Of a DNA stretch of 64,000 bases, positions 1 to 14,039 are shown piece after piece. Under the pieces are notes generated by a model. The model ran no database searches and was not told the DNA's origin. It saw nothing but the letters and a program-made list of their open reading frames with translations. Source of the DNA: Cyanophora paradoxa CCMP329 (taxonomy: Eukaryota > Plantae > Glaucophyta); the NCBI GenBank assembly GCA_004431415.1, contig QPMI01000164.1, forward strand, positions 1 to 64,000, written 5' to 3'. The translations under genes were made by a program, and so were the position numbers. Numbering within the stretch: the stretch's first letter is position 1; each line of letters starts with the position of its first letter.

Positions 1-3000
1 CAGTTTCGCGGCGAGCTAGCCGAGCTAGCAGTGCGCCCGGCCGGCGACTTATTGCCCAGCGTTCGAGTCCCGGGAAGGGCAGTTGGGGGGAGCGGGGGGG
101 CCTGGGCGGGCCTTGAGCTGCCTTGCGCTGTCGAGGGCGGAAGAGGGGGCCGGGGCGCAGCGACCGCCGAGGCCAACTTTCGCGCGGCGAGGTTCTGGCG
201 GGAGACCAAAAATGTTTTTCATCTCGGCTGATCTAAAATGCACTTCCTACCTGCCCGGTCTCGCGCCAGTCACTCGCTGTGCTCCGCTTTAATTTCGGCT
301 GGACTTGTATGGCATCTGTTCGGTGCGGCCCGATTAAACTAGGGGGAGCGATTGGCGAGAGACCGAAGCGCTTAGCACGAGCTAGTACGCATCTAAATGC
401 ATATCTGTGCTCAGTCTCTCGCGGACGCGGTACAAAATTTTCCTAGATGTATGGTCATAGAAAGGCGAGGAAAAGGCCAGTTTCGCGGCGAGCTAGCCGA
501 GCTAGCAGCGCGCCCGGCCGGCGACTTATTGCCCAGCGTTCGAGTCCCGGGAAGGGCAGTTGGGGGAGCGGGGGGCCTGGGCGGGCCTTGAGCTGCCTTG
601 CGCTGTCGAGGGCGGAAGAGGGGGCCGGGCGCAGCGACCTCCGAGGCCAACTTTCGCGCAGCGAGGTCTGCGGGAGACCAAAAATGTTTTTCATCTCGGC
701 TGATCTAAAATGCACTTCCTACCTGCCCGGTCTCGCGCCAGTCACTCGCTGTGCTCCGCTTTAATTTCGGCTGGATTGTATGGCATCTGTTCGGTGCGGC
801 CCGATTAAACTAGGGGGAGCGATTGGCGAGAGACCGAAGCGCTTAGCACGAGCTAGTACGCATCTAAATGCATATTGGTGCTCAGTCTCTCGCGGACGCG
901 GTACAAAATTTTCCTAGATGTATGGTCATAAAAGGCGACGAGGAAAAGGCCAGTTTCGCGGCGAGCTAGCCGAGCTAGCAGCGCGCCCGGCCGGCGACTT
1001 ATTGCCCCAGCGTTCGAGTCCCGGGAAGGGCAGTTGGGGGGAGCGGGGGGGCCTGGGCGGGCCTTGAGCTGCCTTGCGCGTCGAGGGCGGAAGAGGGGGC
1101 CGGGGCGCAGCGACCCGAGGCCAACTTTCGCGCTGCGAGGTTCTGGCGGAGACCAAAAATGTTTTTCATCTCGGCTGATCTAAAATGCACTTCCTACCTG
1201 CCCGGTCTCGCGCCAGTCACTCGCTGTGCTCCGCTTTAATTTCGGCTGGACTTGTATGGCATCTGTTCGGTGCGGCCGATTAAACTAGGGGGAGCGATTG
1301 GCGAGAGACCGAAGCGCTTAGCACGAGCTAGTACGCATCTAAATGCATATCTGGTGCTCAGTCTCTCGCGGACGCGGTACAAGATTTTCCTAGATGTGGT
1401 CATAGAAACGGGACGAGGAAAAGGCCAGTTTCGCGGCGAGCTAGCCGAGCTAGCAGCGCGCCCGGCCGGCGTCTTATTGCTCCAGCGTTCGAGTCCCGGG
1501 AAGGGCAGTTGGGGGGAGCGGGGGGCCTGGGCGGGCCTTGAGCTGCCTTGCGCCGTCGAGGGCTGAAGAGGGGGCCGGGGCGCGCGACCTCCGAGGCCAA
1601 CTTTCGCGCTGCGAGGTACTGGCGCGAGACCAAAAATGTTTTTCGTCTCTGCTCATCTAAAATGCACTTCCTACGTGCCCGGTCTCGCGCCAGTCACTCG
1701 CTGTGCTCCGCTTTAATTTCGGCTGGATTGGTAATGGCATCTGTTCGGTCCGGCTCGATTAAACTAGGGGAGCGATTGGCGAGAGACCGAAGCACTAAAC
1801 ACGAGCTAGTACGTCTCTAAATGCATATTTGATGCTCAGTCTCTCGCGGACGCGGTACAAGATTTTCCTAGATGTATGGTCATACAAACGGGACGAGGAA
1901 AAGGCCAGTTTCGCGGCGAGCTAGCCGAGCTAGCAGCGCGCCGGCCGGCGTCTTATTGCTCCAGCGTTCGAGTCCCGGGAAGGGCAGTTGGGGGAGCGGG
2001 GGGGCCTGGGCGGCCTTGAGCGCCTTGCGCCGTCGAGGGCTGAGAGGGGCCGGGCGCAGCGACCTCCGAGGCCAACTTTCGCGCTGCGAGGTACTGGCGC
2101 GAGACCAAAAATGGTTTTCGTCTCTGCTCATCTAAAATGCACTTCCTACGTGCCCGGTCTCGCGCCAGTCACTCGCTGTGCTCCGCTTTAATTTCGGCTG
2201 GATTGGTATGGCATCTGTTCGGTCCGGCTCGATTAAACTAGGGGGAGCGATTGGCGAGAGACCGAAGCACTAAACACGAGCTAGTACGTCTCTAAATGCA
2301 TATTTGATGCTCAGTCTCTCGCGGACGCGGTACAAGATTTTCCTAGATGTATGGTCATACAAACGGGACGAGGAAAAGGCCAGTTTCGCGGCGAGCTAGC
2401 CGAGCTAGCAGCGCGCCCGGCCGGCGTCTTATTGCTCCAGCGTTCGAGTCCCGGGAAGGGCAGTTGGGGGGAGCGGGGGGCCTGGGCGGGCCTTGAGCTG
2501 CTTGCGCCGTCGAGGGCTGAAGAGGGGGCCGGGGCGCAGCGACCTCCGAGGCCAACTTTCGCGCTGCGAGGTACTGGCGCGAGACCAAAAATGTTTTTCG
2601 TCTCTGCTCATCTAAAATGCACTTCCTACGTGCCCGGTCTCGCGCCAGTCACTCGCTGTGCTCCGCTTTAATTTCGGCTGGATTGGTATGGCATCTGTTC
2701 GGTCCGGCTCGATAAACTAGGGGGAGCGATTGGCGAGAGACCGAAGCACTAAACACGAGCTAGTACGTCTCTAAATGCATATTTGATGCTCAGTCTCTCG
2801 CGGACGCGGTACAAGATTTTCCTAGATGTATGGTCATACAAACGGGACGAGGAAAAGGCCAGTTTCGCGGCGAGCTAGCCGAGCTAGCAGCGCGCCCGGC
2901 CGGCGTCTTATTGCTCCAGCGTTCGAGTCCGGGAAGGCAGTTGGGGGAGCGGGGGGGCCTGGGCGGGCCTTGAGCTGCCTTGCGCCGTCGAGGGCTGAAG

Positions 3001-6000
3001 AGGGGGCCGGGCGCAGCGACCTCCGAGGCCAACTTTCGCGCTGCGAGGTACTGGCGCGAGACCAAAAATGTTTTTCGTCTCTGCTCATCTAAAATGCACT
3101 TCCTACGTGCCCGGTCTCGCGCCAGTCACTCGCTGTGCTCCGCTTTAATTTCGGCTGGATTGGTATGGCATCTGTTCGGTCCGGCTCGATTAAACTAGGG
3201 GGAGCGATTGGCGAGAGACCGAAGCACTAAACACGAGCTAGTACGTCTCTAAATGCATATTTGATGCTCAGTCTCTCGCGGACGCGGTACAAGATTTCCT
3301 AGATGTATGGTCATACAAACGGACGAGGAAAAGGCCAGTTTCGCGGCGAGCTAGCCGAGCTAGCAGCGCGCCCGGCCGGCGTCTTATTGCTCCAGCGTTC
3401 GAGTCCCGGGAAGGGCAGTTGGGGGGAGCGGGGGGCCTGGGCGGGCCTTGAGCTGCCTTGCGCCGTCGAGGGCTGAGAGGGGGCCGGGGCGCAGCGACCT
3501 CCGAGGCCAACTTTCGCGCTGCGAGGTACTGGCGCGAGACCAAAATGTTTTTCGTCTCTGCTCATCTAAAATGCACTTCCTACGTGCCCGGTCTCGCGCC
3601 AGTCACTCGCTGTGCTCCGCTTTAATTTCGGCTGGATTGGTATGGCATCTGTTCGGTCCGGCTCGATTAAACTAGGGGAGCGATTGGCGAGAGACCGAAG
3701 CACTAAACACGAGCTAGTACGTCTCTAAATGCATATTTGATGCTCAGTCTCTCGCGGACGCGGTACAAGATTTTCCTAGATGTATGGTCATACAAACGGG
3801 ACGAGGAAAAGGCCAGTTTCGCGGCGAGCTAGCCGAGCTAGCAGCGCGCCGGCCGGCGTCTTATTGCTCCAGCGTTCGAGTCCCGGGAAGGGCAGTTGGG
3901 GGAGCGGGGGGCCTGGGCGGCCTTGAGCTGCCTTGCGCCGTCGAGGGCTGAAGAGGGGCCGGGGCGCAGCGACCTCCGAGGCCAACTTTCGCGCTGCGAG
4001 GTACTGGCGCGAGACCAAAAATGTTTTTCGTCTCTGCTCATCTAAAATGCACTTCCTACGTGCCCGGTCTCGCGCCAGTCACTCGCTGTGCTCCGCTTTA
4101 ATTTCGGCTGGATTGGTATGGCATCTGTTCGGTCCGGCTCGATTAAACTAGGGGGAGCGATTGGCGAGAGACCGAAGCACTAAACACGAGCTAGTACGTC
4201 TCTAAATGCATATTTGATGCTCAGTCTCTCGCGGACGCGGTACAAGATTTTCCTAGATGTATGGTCATACAAACGGGACGAGGAAAAGGCCAGTTTCGCG
4301 GCGAGCTAGCCGAGCTAGCAGCGCGCCCGGCCGGCGTCTTATTGCTCCAGCGTTCGAGTCCCGGGAAGGGCAGTTGGGGGGAGCGGGGGGCCTGGGCGGG
4401 CCTTGAGCTGCCTTGCGCCGTCGAGGGCTGAAGAGGGGGCCGGGGCGCAGCGACCTCCGAGGCCAACTTTCGCGCTGCGAGGTACTGGCGCGAGACCAAA
4501 AATGTTTTTCGTCTCTGCTCATCTAAAATGCACTTCCTACGTGCCCGGTCTCGCGCCAGTCACTCGCTGTGCTCCGCTTTAATTTCGGCTGGATTGGTAT
4601 GGCATCTGTTCGGTCCGGCTCGATTAAACTAGGGGAGCGATTGGCGAGAGACCGAAGCACTAAACACGAGCTAGTACGTCTCTAAATGCATATTTGATGC
4701 TCAGTCTCTCGCGGACGCGGTACAAGATTTTCCTAGATGTATGGTCATACAAACGGGACGAGGAAAAGGCCAGTTTCGCGGCGAGCTAGCCGAGCTAGCA
4801 GCGCGCCCGGCCGGCGTCTTATTGCTCCAGCGTTCGAGTCCGGGAAGGGCAGTTGGGGGGAGCGGGGGGGCCTGGGCGGGCCTTGAGCTGCCTTGCGCCG
4901 TCGAGGGCTGAAGAGGGGGCCGGGGCGCAGCGACCTCCGAGGCCAACTTTCGCGCTGCGAGGTACTGGCGCGAGACCAAAAATGTTTTTCGTCTCTGCTC
5001 ATCTAAAATGCACTTCCTACGTGCCCGGTCTCGCGCCAGTCACTCGCTGTGCTCCGCTTTAATTTCGGCTGGATTGGTATGGCATCTGTTCGGTCCGGCT
5101 CGATTAAACTAGGGGAGCGATTGGCGAGAGACCGAAGCACTAAACACGAGCTAGTACGTCTCTAAATGCATATTTGATGCTCAGTCTCTCGCGGACGCGG
5201 TACAAGATTTTCCTAGATGTATGGTCATACAAACGGGACGAGGAAAAGGCCAGTTTCGCGGCGAGCTAGCCGAGCTAGCAGCGCGCCCGGCCGGCGTCTT
5301 ATTGCTCCAGCGTTCGAGTCCCGGGAAGGGCAGTTGGGGGGAGCGGGGGGCCTGGGCGGGCCTTGAGCTGCCTTGCGCCGTCGAGGGCTGAAGAGGGGGC
5401 CGGGGCGCAGCGACCTCCGAGGCCAACTTTCGCGCTGCGAGGTACTGGCGCGAGACCAAAAATGTTTTTCGTCTCTGCTCATCTAAAATGCACTTCCTAC
5501 GTGCCCGGTCTCGCGCCAGTCACTCGCTGTGCTCCGCTTTAATTTCGGCTGGATTGGTATGGCATCTGTTCGGTCCGGCTCGATTAAACTAGGGGGAGCG
5601 ATTGGCGAGAGACCGAAGCACTAAACACGAGCTAGTACGTCTCTAAATGCATATTTGATGCTCAGTCTCTCGCGGACGCGGTACAAGATTTTCCTAGATG
5701 TATGGTCATACAAACGGGACGAGGAAAAGGCCAGTTTCGCGGCGAGCTAGCCGAGCTAGCAGCGCGCCGGCCGGCGTCTTATTGCTCCAGCGTTCGAGTC
5801 CGGAAGGGCAGTTGGGGGGAGCGGGGGGGCCTGGGCGGGCCTTGAGCTGCCTTGCGCCGTCGAGGGCTGAAGAGGGGGCCGGGGCGCAGCGACCTCCGAG
5901 GCCAACTTTCGCGCTGCGAGGTACTGGCGCGAGACCAAAAATGTTTTTCGTCTCTGCTCATCTAAAATGCACTTCCTACGTGCCCGGTCTCGCGCCAGTC

Positions 6001-9000
6001 ACTCGCTGTGCTCCGCTTTAATTTCGGCTGGATTGGTATGGCATCTGTTCGGTCCGGCTCGATTAAACTAGGGGGAGCGATTGGCGAGAGACCGAAGCAC
6101 TAAACACGAGCTAGTACGTCTCTAAATGCATATTTGATGCTCAGTCTCTCGCGGACGCGGTACAAGATTTTCCTAGATGTATGGTCATACAAACGGGACG
6201 AGGAAAAGGCCAGTTTCGCGGCGAGCTAGCCGAGCTAGCAGCGCGCCCGGCCGGCGTCTTATTGCTCCAGCGTTCGAGTCCCGGGAAGGGCAGTTGGGGG
6301 GAGCGGGGGGGCCTGGGCGGGCCTTGAGCTGCCTTGCGCCGTCGAGGGCTGAAGAGGGGGCCGGGGCGCAGCGACCTCCGAGGCCAACTTTCGCGCTGCG
6401 AGGTACTGGCGCGAGACCAAAAATGTTTTTCGTCTCTGCTCATCTAAAATGCACTTCCTACGTGCCCGGTCTCGCGCCAGTCACTCGCTGTGCTCCGCTT
6501 TAATTTCGGCTGGATTGGTATGGCATCTGTTCGGTCCGGCTCGATTAAACTAGGGGGAGCGATTGGCGAGAGACCGAAGCACTAAACACGAGCTAGTACG
6601 TCTCTAAATGCATATTTGATGCTCAGTCTCTCGCGGACGCGGTACAAGATTTTCCTAGATGTATGGTCATACAAACGGGACGAGGAAAAGGCCAGTTTCG
6701 CGGCGAGCTAGCCGAGCTAGCAGCGCGCCCGGCCGGCGTCTTATTGCTCCAGCGTTCGAGTCCGGGAAGGGCAGTTGGGGGAGCGGGGGGGCCTGGGCGG
6801 GCCTTGAGCTGCCTTGCGCCGTCGAGGGCTGAAGAGGGGCCGGGGCGCAGCGACCTCCGAGGCCAACTTTCGCGCTGCGAGGTACTGGCGCGAGACCAAA
6901 AATGTTTTTCGTCTCTGCTCATCTAAAATGCACTTCCTACGTGCCCGGTCTCGCGCCAGTCACTCGCTGTGCTCCGCTTTAATTTCGGCTGGATTGGTAT
7001 GGCATCTGTTCGGTCCGGCTCGATTAAACTAGGGGGAGCGATTGGCGAGAGACCGAAGCACTAAACACGAGCTAGTACGTCTCTAAATGCATATTTGATG
7101 CTCAGTCTCTCGCGGACGCGGTACAAGATTTTCCTAGATGTATGGTCATACAAACGGGACGAGGAAAAGGCCAGTTTCGCGGCGAGCTAGCCGAGCTAGC
7201 AGCGCGCCCGGCCGGCGTCTTATTGCTCCAGCGTTCGAGTCCCGGGAAGGGCAGTTGGGGGAGCGGGGGGGCCTGGGCGGGCCTTGAGCTGCCTTGCGCC
7301 GTCGAGGGCTGAAGAGGGGGCCGGGGCGCAGCGACCTCCGAGGCCAACTTTCGCGCTGCGAGGTACTGGCGCGAGACCAAAAATGTTTTTCGTCTCTGCT
7401 CATCTAAAATGCACTTCCTACGTGCCCGGTCTCGCGCCAGTCACTCGCTGTGCTCCGCTTTAATTTCGGCTGGATTGGTATGGCATCTGTTCGGTCCGGC
7501 TCGATTAAACTAGGGGGAGCGATTGGCGAGAGACCGAAGCACTAAACACGAGCTAGTACGTCTCTAAATGCATATTTGATGCTCAGTCTCTCGCGGACGC
7601 GGTACAAGATTTTCCTAGATGTATGGTCATACAAACGGGACGAGGAAAAGGCCAGTTTCGCGGCGAGCTAGCCGAGCTAGCAGCGCGCCCGGCCGGCGTC
7701 TTATTGCTCCAGCGTTCGAGTCCCGGGAAGGGCAGTTGGGGGAGCGGGGGGCCTGGGCGGGCCTTGAGCTGCCTTGCGCCGTCGAGGGCTGAAGAGGGGG
7801 CCGGGGCGCAGCGACCTCCGAGGCCAACTTTCGCGCTGCGAGGTACTGGCGCGAGACCAAAAATGTTTTTCGTCTCTGCTCATCTAAAATGCACTTCCTA
7901 CGTGCCCGGTCTCGCGCCAGTCACTCGCTGTGCTCCGCTTTAATTTCGGCTGGATTGGTATGGCATCTGTTCGGTCCGGCTCGATTAAACTAGGGGGAGC
8001 GATTGGCGAGAGACCGAAGCACTAAACACGAGCTAGTACGTCTCTAAATGCATATTTGATGCTCAGTCTCTCGCGGACGCGGTACAAGATTTTCCTAGAT
8101 GTATGGTCATACAAACGGGACGAGGAAAAGGCCAGTTTCGCGGCGAGCTAGCCGAGCTAGCAGCGCGCCCGGCCGGCGTCTTATTGCTCCAGCGTTCGAG
8201 TCCCGGGAAGGGCAGTTGGGGGAGCGGGGGGCCTGGGCGGGCCTTGAGCTGCCTTGCGCCGTCGAGGGCTGAAGAGGGGCCGGGGCGCAGCGACCTCCGA
8301 GGCCAACTTTCGCGCTGCGAGGTACTGGCGCGAGACCAAAATGTTTTTCGTCTCTGCTCATCTAAAATGCACTTCCTACGTGCCCGGTCTCGCGCCAGTC
8401 ACTCGCTGTGCTCCGCTTTAATTTCGGCTGGATTGGTATGGCATCTGTTCGGTCCGGCTCGATTAAACTAGGGGGAGCGATTGGCGAGAGACCGAAGCAC
8501 TAAACACGAGCTAGTACGTCTCTAAATGCATATTTGATGCTCAGTCTCTCGCGGACGCGGTACAAGATTTTCCTAGATGTATGGTCATACAAACGGGACG
8601 AGGAAAAGGCCAGTTTCGCGGCGAGCTAGCCGAGCTAGCAGCGCGCCCGGCCGGCGTCTTATTGCTCCAGCGTTCGAGTCCCGGGAAGGGCAGTTGGGGG
8701 AGCGGGGGGCCTGGCGGGCCTTGAGCTGCCTTGCGCCGTCGAGGGCTGAAGAGGGGGCCGGGGCGCAGCGACCTCCGAGGCCAACTTTCGCGCTGCGAGG
8801 TACTGGCGCGAGACCAAAAATGTTTTTCGTCTCTGCTCATCTAAAATGCACTTCCTACGTGCCCGGTCTCGCGCCAGTCACTCGCTGTGCTCCGCTTTAA
8901 TTTCGGCTGGATTGGTATGGCATCTGTTCGGTCCGGCTCGATTAAACTAGGGGGAGCGATTGGCGAGAGACCGAAGCACTAAACACGAGCTAGTACGTCT

Positions 9001-12000
9001 CTAAATGCATATTTGATGCTCAGTCTCTCGCGGACGCGGTACAAGATTTTCCTAGATGTATGGTCATACAAACGGGACGAGGAAAAGGCCAGTTTCGCGG
9101 CGAGCTAGCCGAGCTAGCAGCGCGCCCGGCCGGCGTCTTATTGCTCCAGCGTTCGAGTCCCGGAAAGGGCAGTTGGGGGGAGCGGGGGGGCCTGGGCGGG
9201 CCTTGAGCTGCCTTGCGCCGTCGAGGGCTGAAGAGGGGGCCGGGGCGCAGCGACCTCCGAGGCCAACTTTCGCGCTGCGAGGTACTGGCGCGAGACCAAA
9301 AATGTTTTTCGTCTCTGCTCATCTAAAATGCACTTCCTACGTGCCCGGTCTCGCGCCAGTCACTCGCTGTGCTCCGCTTTAATTTCGGCTGGATTGGTAT
9401 GGCATCTGTTCGGTCCGGCTCGATTAAACTAGGGGAGCGATTGGCGAGAGACCGAAGCACTAAACACGAGCTAGTACGTCTCTAAATGCATATTTGATGC
9501 TCAGTCTCTCGCGGACGCGGTACAAGATTTTCCTAGATGTATGGTCATACAAACGGGACGAGGAAAAGGCCAGTTTCGCGGCGAGCTAGCCGAGCTAGCA
9601 GCGCGCCCGGCCGGCGTCTTATTGCTCCAGCGTTCGAGTCCCGGGAAGGGCAGTTGGGGGAGCGGGGGGCCTGGGCGGGCCTTGAGCTGCCTTGCGCCGT
9701 CGAGGGCTGAAGAGGGGGCCGGGGCGCAGCGACCTCCGAGGCCAACTTTCGCGCTGCGAGGTACTGGCGCGAGACCAAAAATGTTTTTCGTCTCTGCTCA
9801 TCTAAAATGCACTTCCTACGTGCCCGGTCTCGCGCCAGTCACTCGCTGTGCTCCGCTTTAATTTCGGCTGGATTGGTATGGCATCTGTTCGGTCCGGCTC
9901 GATTAAACTAGGGGAGCGATTGGCGAGAGACCGAAGCACTAAACACGAGCTAGTACGTCTCTAAATGCATATTTGATGCCAGTCTCTCGCGGACGCGGTA
10001 CAAGATTTTCCTAGATGTATGGTCATACAAACGGGACGAGGAAAAGGCCAGTTTCGCGGCGAGCTAGCCGAGCTAGCAGCGCGCCGGCCGGCGTCTTATT
10101 GCTCCAGCGTTCGAGTCCCGGAAGGGCAGTTGGGGGGAGCGGGGGGCCTGGGCGGGCCTTGAGCTGCCTTGCGCCGTCGAGGGCTGAAGAGGGGCCGGGG
10201 CGCAGCGACCTCCGAGGCCAACTTTCGCGCTGCGAGGTACTGGCGCGAGACCAAAAATGTTTTTCGTCTCTGCTCATCTAAAATGCACTTCCTACGTGCC
10301 CGTCTCGCGCCAGTCACTCGCTGTGCTCCGCTTTAATTTCGGCTGGATTGGTATGGCATCTGTTCGGTCCGGCTCGATTAAACTAGGGGAGCGATTGGCG
10401 AGAGACCGAAGCACTAAACACGAGCTAGTACGTCTCTAAATGCATATTTGATGCCCAGTCTCTCGCGGACGCGGTACAAGATTTTCCTAGATGTATGGTC
10501 ATACAAACGGGACGAGGAAAAGGCCAGTTTCGCGGCGAGCTAGCCGAGCTAGCAGCGCGCCCGGCCGGCGTCTTATTGCTCCAGCGTTCGAGTCCCGGGA
10601 AGGGCAGTTGGGGGGAGCGGGGGGGCCTGGGCGGGCCTTGAGCTGCCTTGCGCCGTCGAGGGCTGAAGAGGGGCCGGGCGCAGCGACCTCCGAGGCCAAC
10701 TTTCGCGCTGCGAGGTACTGGCGCGAGACCAAAAATGTTTTTCGTCTCTGCTCATCTAAAATGCACTTCCTACGTGCCCGGTCTCGCGCCAGTCACTCGC
10801 TGTGCTCCGCTTTAATTTCGGCTGGATTGGTATGGCATCTGTTCGGTCCGGCTCGATTAAACTAGGGGGAGCGATTGGCGAGAGACCGAAGCACTAAACA
10901 CGAGCTAGTACGTCTCTAAATGCATATTTGATGCCCAGTCTCTCGCGGACGCGGTACAAGATTTTCCTAGATGTATGGTCATACAAACGGGACGAGGAAA
11001 AGGCCAGTTTCGCGGCGAGCTAGCCGAGCTAGCAGCGCGCCCGGCCGGCGTCTTATTGCTCCAGCGTTCGAGTCCCGGGAAGGGCAGTTGGGGGAGCGGG
11101 GGGGCCTGGGCGGCCTTGAGCTGCCTTGCGCCGTCGAGGGCTGAAGAGGGGCCGGGCGCAGCGACCTCCGAGGCCAACTTTCGCGCTGCGAGGTACTGGC
11201 GCGAGACCAAAAATGTTTTTCGTCTCTGCTCATCTAAAATGCACTTCCTACGTGCCCGGTCTCGCGCCAGTCACTCGCTGTGCTCCGCTTTAATTTCGGC
11301 TGGATTGGTATGCATCTGTTCGGTCCGGCTCGATTAAACTAGGGGGAGCGATTGGCGAGAGACCGAAGCACTAAACACGAGCTAGTACGTCTCTAAATGC
11401 ATATTTGATGCCAGTCTCTCGCGGACGCGGTACAAGATTTTCCTAGATGTATGGTCATACAAACGGGACGAGGAAAAGGCCAGTTTCGCGGCGAGCTAGC
11501 CGAGCTAGCAGCGCGCCCGGCCGGCGTCTTATTGCTCCAGCGTTCGAGTCCCGGAAGGGCAGTTGGGGGAGCGGGGGCCTGGGCGGGCCTTGAGCTGCCT
11601 TGCGCCGTCGAGGGCTGAAGAGGGGGCCGGGGCGCAGCGACCTCCGAGGCCAACTTTCGCGCTGCGAGGTACTGGCGCGAGACCAAAAATGTTTTTCGTC
11701 TCTGCTCATCTAAAATGCACTTCCTACGTGCCCGGTCTCGCGCCAGTCACTCGCTGTGCTCCGCTTTAATTTCGGCTGGATTGGTATGGCATCTGTTCGG
11801 TCCGGCTCGATTAAACTAGGGGGAGCGATTGGCGAGAGACCGAAGCACTAAACACGAGCTAGTACGTCTCTAAATGCATATTTGATGCCCAGTCTCTCGC
11901 GGACGCGGTACAAGATTTTCCTAGATGTATGGTCATACAAACGGGACGAGGAAAAGGCCAGTTTCGCGGCGAGCTAGCCGAGCTAGCAGCGCGCCCGGCC

Positions 12001-12749
12001 GGCGTCTTATTGCTCCAGCGTTCGAGTCCCGGGAAGGGCAGTTGGGGGGAGCGGGGGGGCCTGGGCGGGCCTTGAGCTGCCTTGCGCCGTCGAGGGCTGA
12101 AGAGGGGGCCGGGGCGCAGCGACCTCCGAGGCCAACTTTCGCGCTGCGAGGTACTGGCGCGAGACCAAAAATGTTTTTCGTCTCTGCTCATCTAAAATGC
12201 ACTTCCTACGTGCCCGGTCTCGCGCCAGTCACTCGCTGTGCTCCGCTTTAATTTCGGCTGATTGGTATGGCATCTGTTCGTCCGGCTCGATTAAACTAGG
12301 GGAGCGATTGGCGAGAGACCGAAGCACTAACACGAGCTAGTACGTCTCTAAATGCATATTTGATGCCAGTCTCTCGCGGACGCGGTACAAGATTTTCCTA
12401 GATGTATGGTCATACAAACGGGACGAGGAAAAGGCCAGTTTCGCGGCGAGCTAGCCGAGCTAGCAGCGCGCCCGGCCGGCGTCTTATTGCTCCAGCGTTC
12501 GAGTCCCGGAAGGGCAGTTGGGGGGAGCGGGGGGGCCTGGGCGGGCCTTGAGCTGCCTTGCGCCGTCGAGGGCTGAAGAGGGGGCCGGGGCGCAGCGACC
12601 TCCGAGGCCAACTTTCGCGCTGCGAGGTACTGGCGCGAGACCAAAAATGTTTTTCGTCTCTGCTCATCTAAAATGCACTTCCTACGTGCCCGGTCTCGCG
12701 CCAGTCACTCGCTGTGCTCCGCTTTAATTTCGGCTGGATTGGTATGGCA
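1..12749. repeat. Tandem array (satellite) of a ~480-bp unit, ~26.5 copies, running off the left edge
   Basis: The unit landmark CAGTTTCGCGGCGAGCTAGCC recurs at 1, 478, 951, ... 4291, 4771, 5251 (period 480). The array ends at ...GGTATGGCA (12749). Copies differ mainly in homopolymer length. The repeated ORFs are frame-inconsistent between copies, so the array is non-coding. Confidence 0.98.
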
Positions 12750-14039
12750 GTTTGCTGCGGAACTATGTAGCTAACATATATGTGAGTAGCTGAGCAAGAC
12801 TTTGAGCCAGAAACGCAAATCTATTGCGCAGAAGCTTACATCTATGTGATGTCGCTGGCGTAACACTTCCTTAGCTAACGCTTGGGTGCGCGGCGCGCGG
12901 CCGGGGGTGCGCGGGGAGCACGCACTGCACTTCTAGGCACGTTCTGAGTGCATTTGGGATCAATTGCAGCTACGGGCGCGGCGCTGTTGCTCGATGACTG
13001 TCAGCCGGGTGCTCGGCGCGAGCGGCCTTCGCTGCGGGCTTCAAACGCTAGCTATAGCCTGCCTACGATGGCGCAAGGCGCACGAACTGCGCCCAGACGC
13101 CGCCACGACACACGCTGGATTTCGGGTGACGCACTGCGATCCCAGGGCCGAGCGCGCTCCCAGACCTTCTACCACGAGTTAAGATGCGAGCTCCGTCGCG
13201 CGTGGACGGCTGCCGCGAGCGGATTTCGGGCGCGGAGCGCTGGTCGGCCGGGTACGTGTCTTGACCCGGGTACATTCCTTCGGTGACTTTGCCTCAACGG
13301 CACACTGCCGAGCGGCTTCTCTAGCCAGCGCTTGAGCCGCTCCAGCGTTGAGCCGCGTCCTCTAGTATGCTTCCGCGTCTTGGCGGTGCGCAGGGCGACG
13401 CCGGCGGTCATCCGCCGCCGGACTTTGGCGAACCAGGTCCGCGGCCTGTCCCCGCCATCTGCCACGTTCGTGAAGCACTGTGTGCTGACTAAAGAGCTCT
13501 AGGCGGTGCATAGCTTCTCCGCCGAGCGCCAAGCTGCGAAGTCCGAAGCCTTGACAGGTCCGAGCACCCGTTGCTCCGGCCTAGCCGTTGCTCCCGTGCG
13601 CGCTGCGGCCCTCCAGGGAGTTACTAGCTCTCATGGCTTTGCGTAGGTGTGCTCGGCGGCTCTGTGCTCCGCCTTTCCGCAGAGTTCGCTGAAGTGACTT
13701 CCGTACCAAGTCCGGCCGCTATCTCTGGTACGAGCTCCTGCTGCCGCTCGCAGGCGCGCGCCGTGTCTACAAACATTGACTGATGATGAGCAGCAAGCCG
13801 CTGCCGCGCTCGTGGCGTTCGCGAAGGTACGCGCTCGGCCCTTGCCTCGCCTGAGCTTAGCTGAGACTTGCTTCGTTCTTGCAGCGAAAGGCAGGAGCTC
13901 GGGCGTGACAGTCAGGGCGGGCCGGCGGCGCCGGCGCGGTGCGGCGTGCCGCGGCCGGCGCAGTGCGGCCGGCCGGCCAGCCGGCAGTTGGTCGCGGGCA
14001 GGCCGGGCTGGCGCCCCGGCGGCGGGTGGCGCAGCGCGG

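Noticed and set aside
1-12749. CRISPR array, 5S rRNA array or repeated protein-coding genes
   Set aside because: No unique spacers; only GTATGGTCATAC resembles a 5S 5' end and the rest does not match; ORFs change frame from copy to copy.
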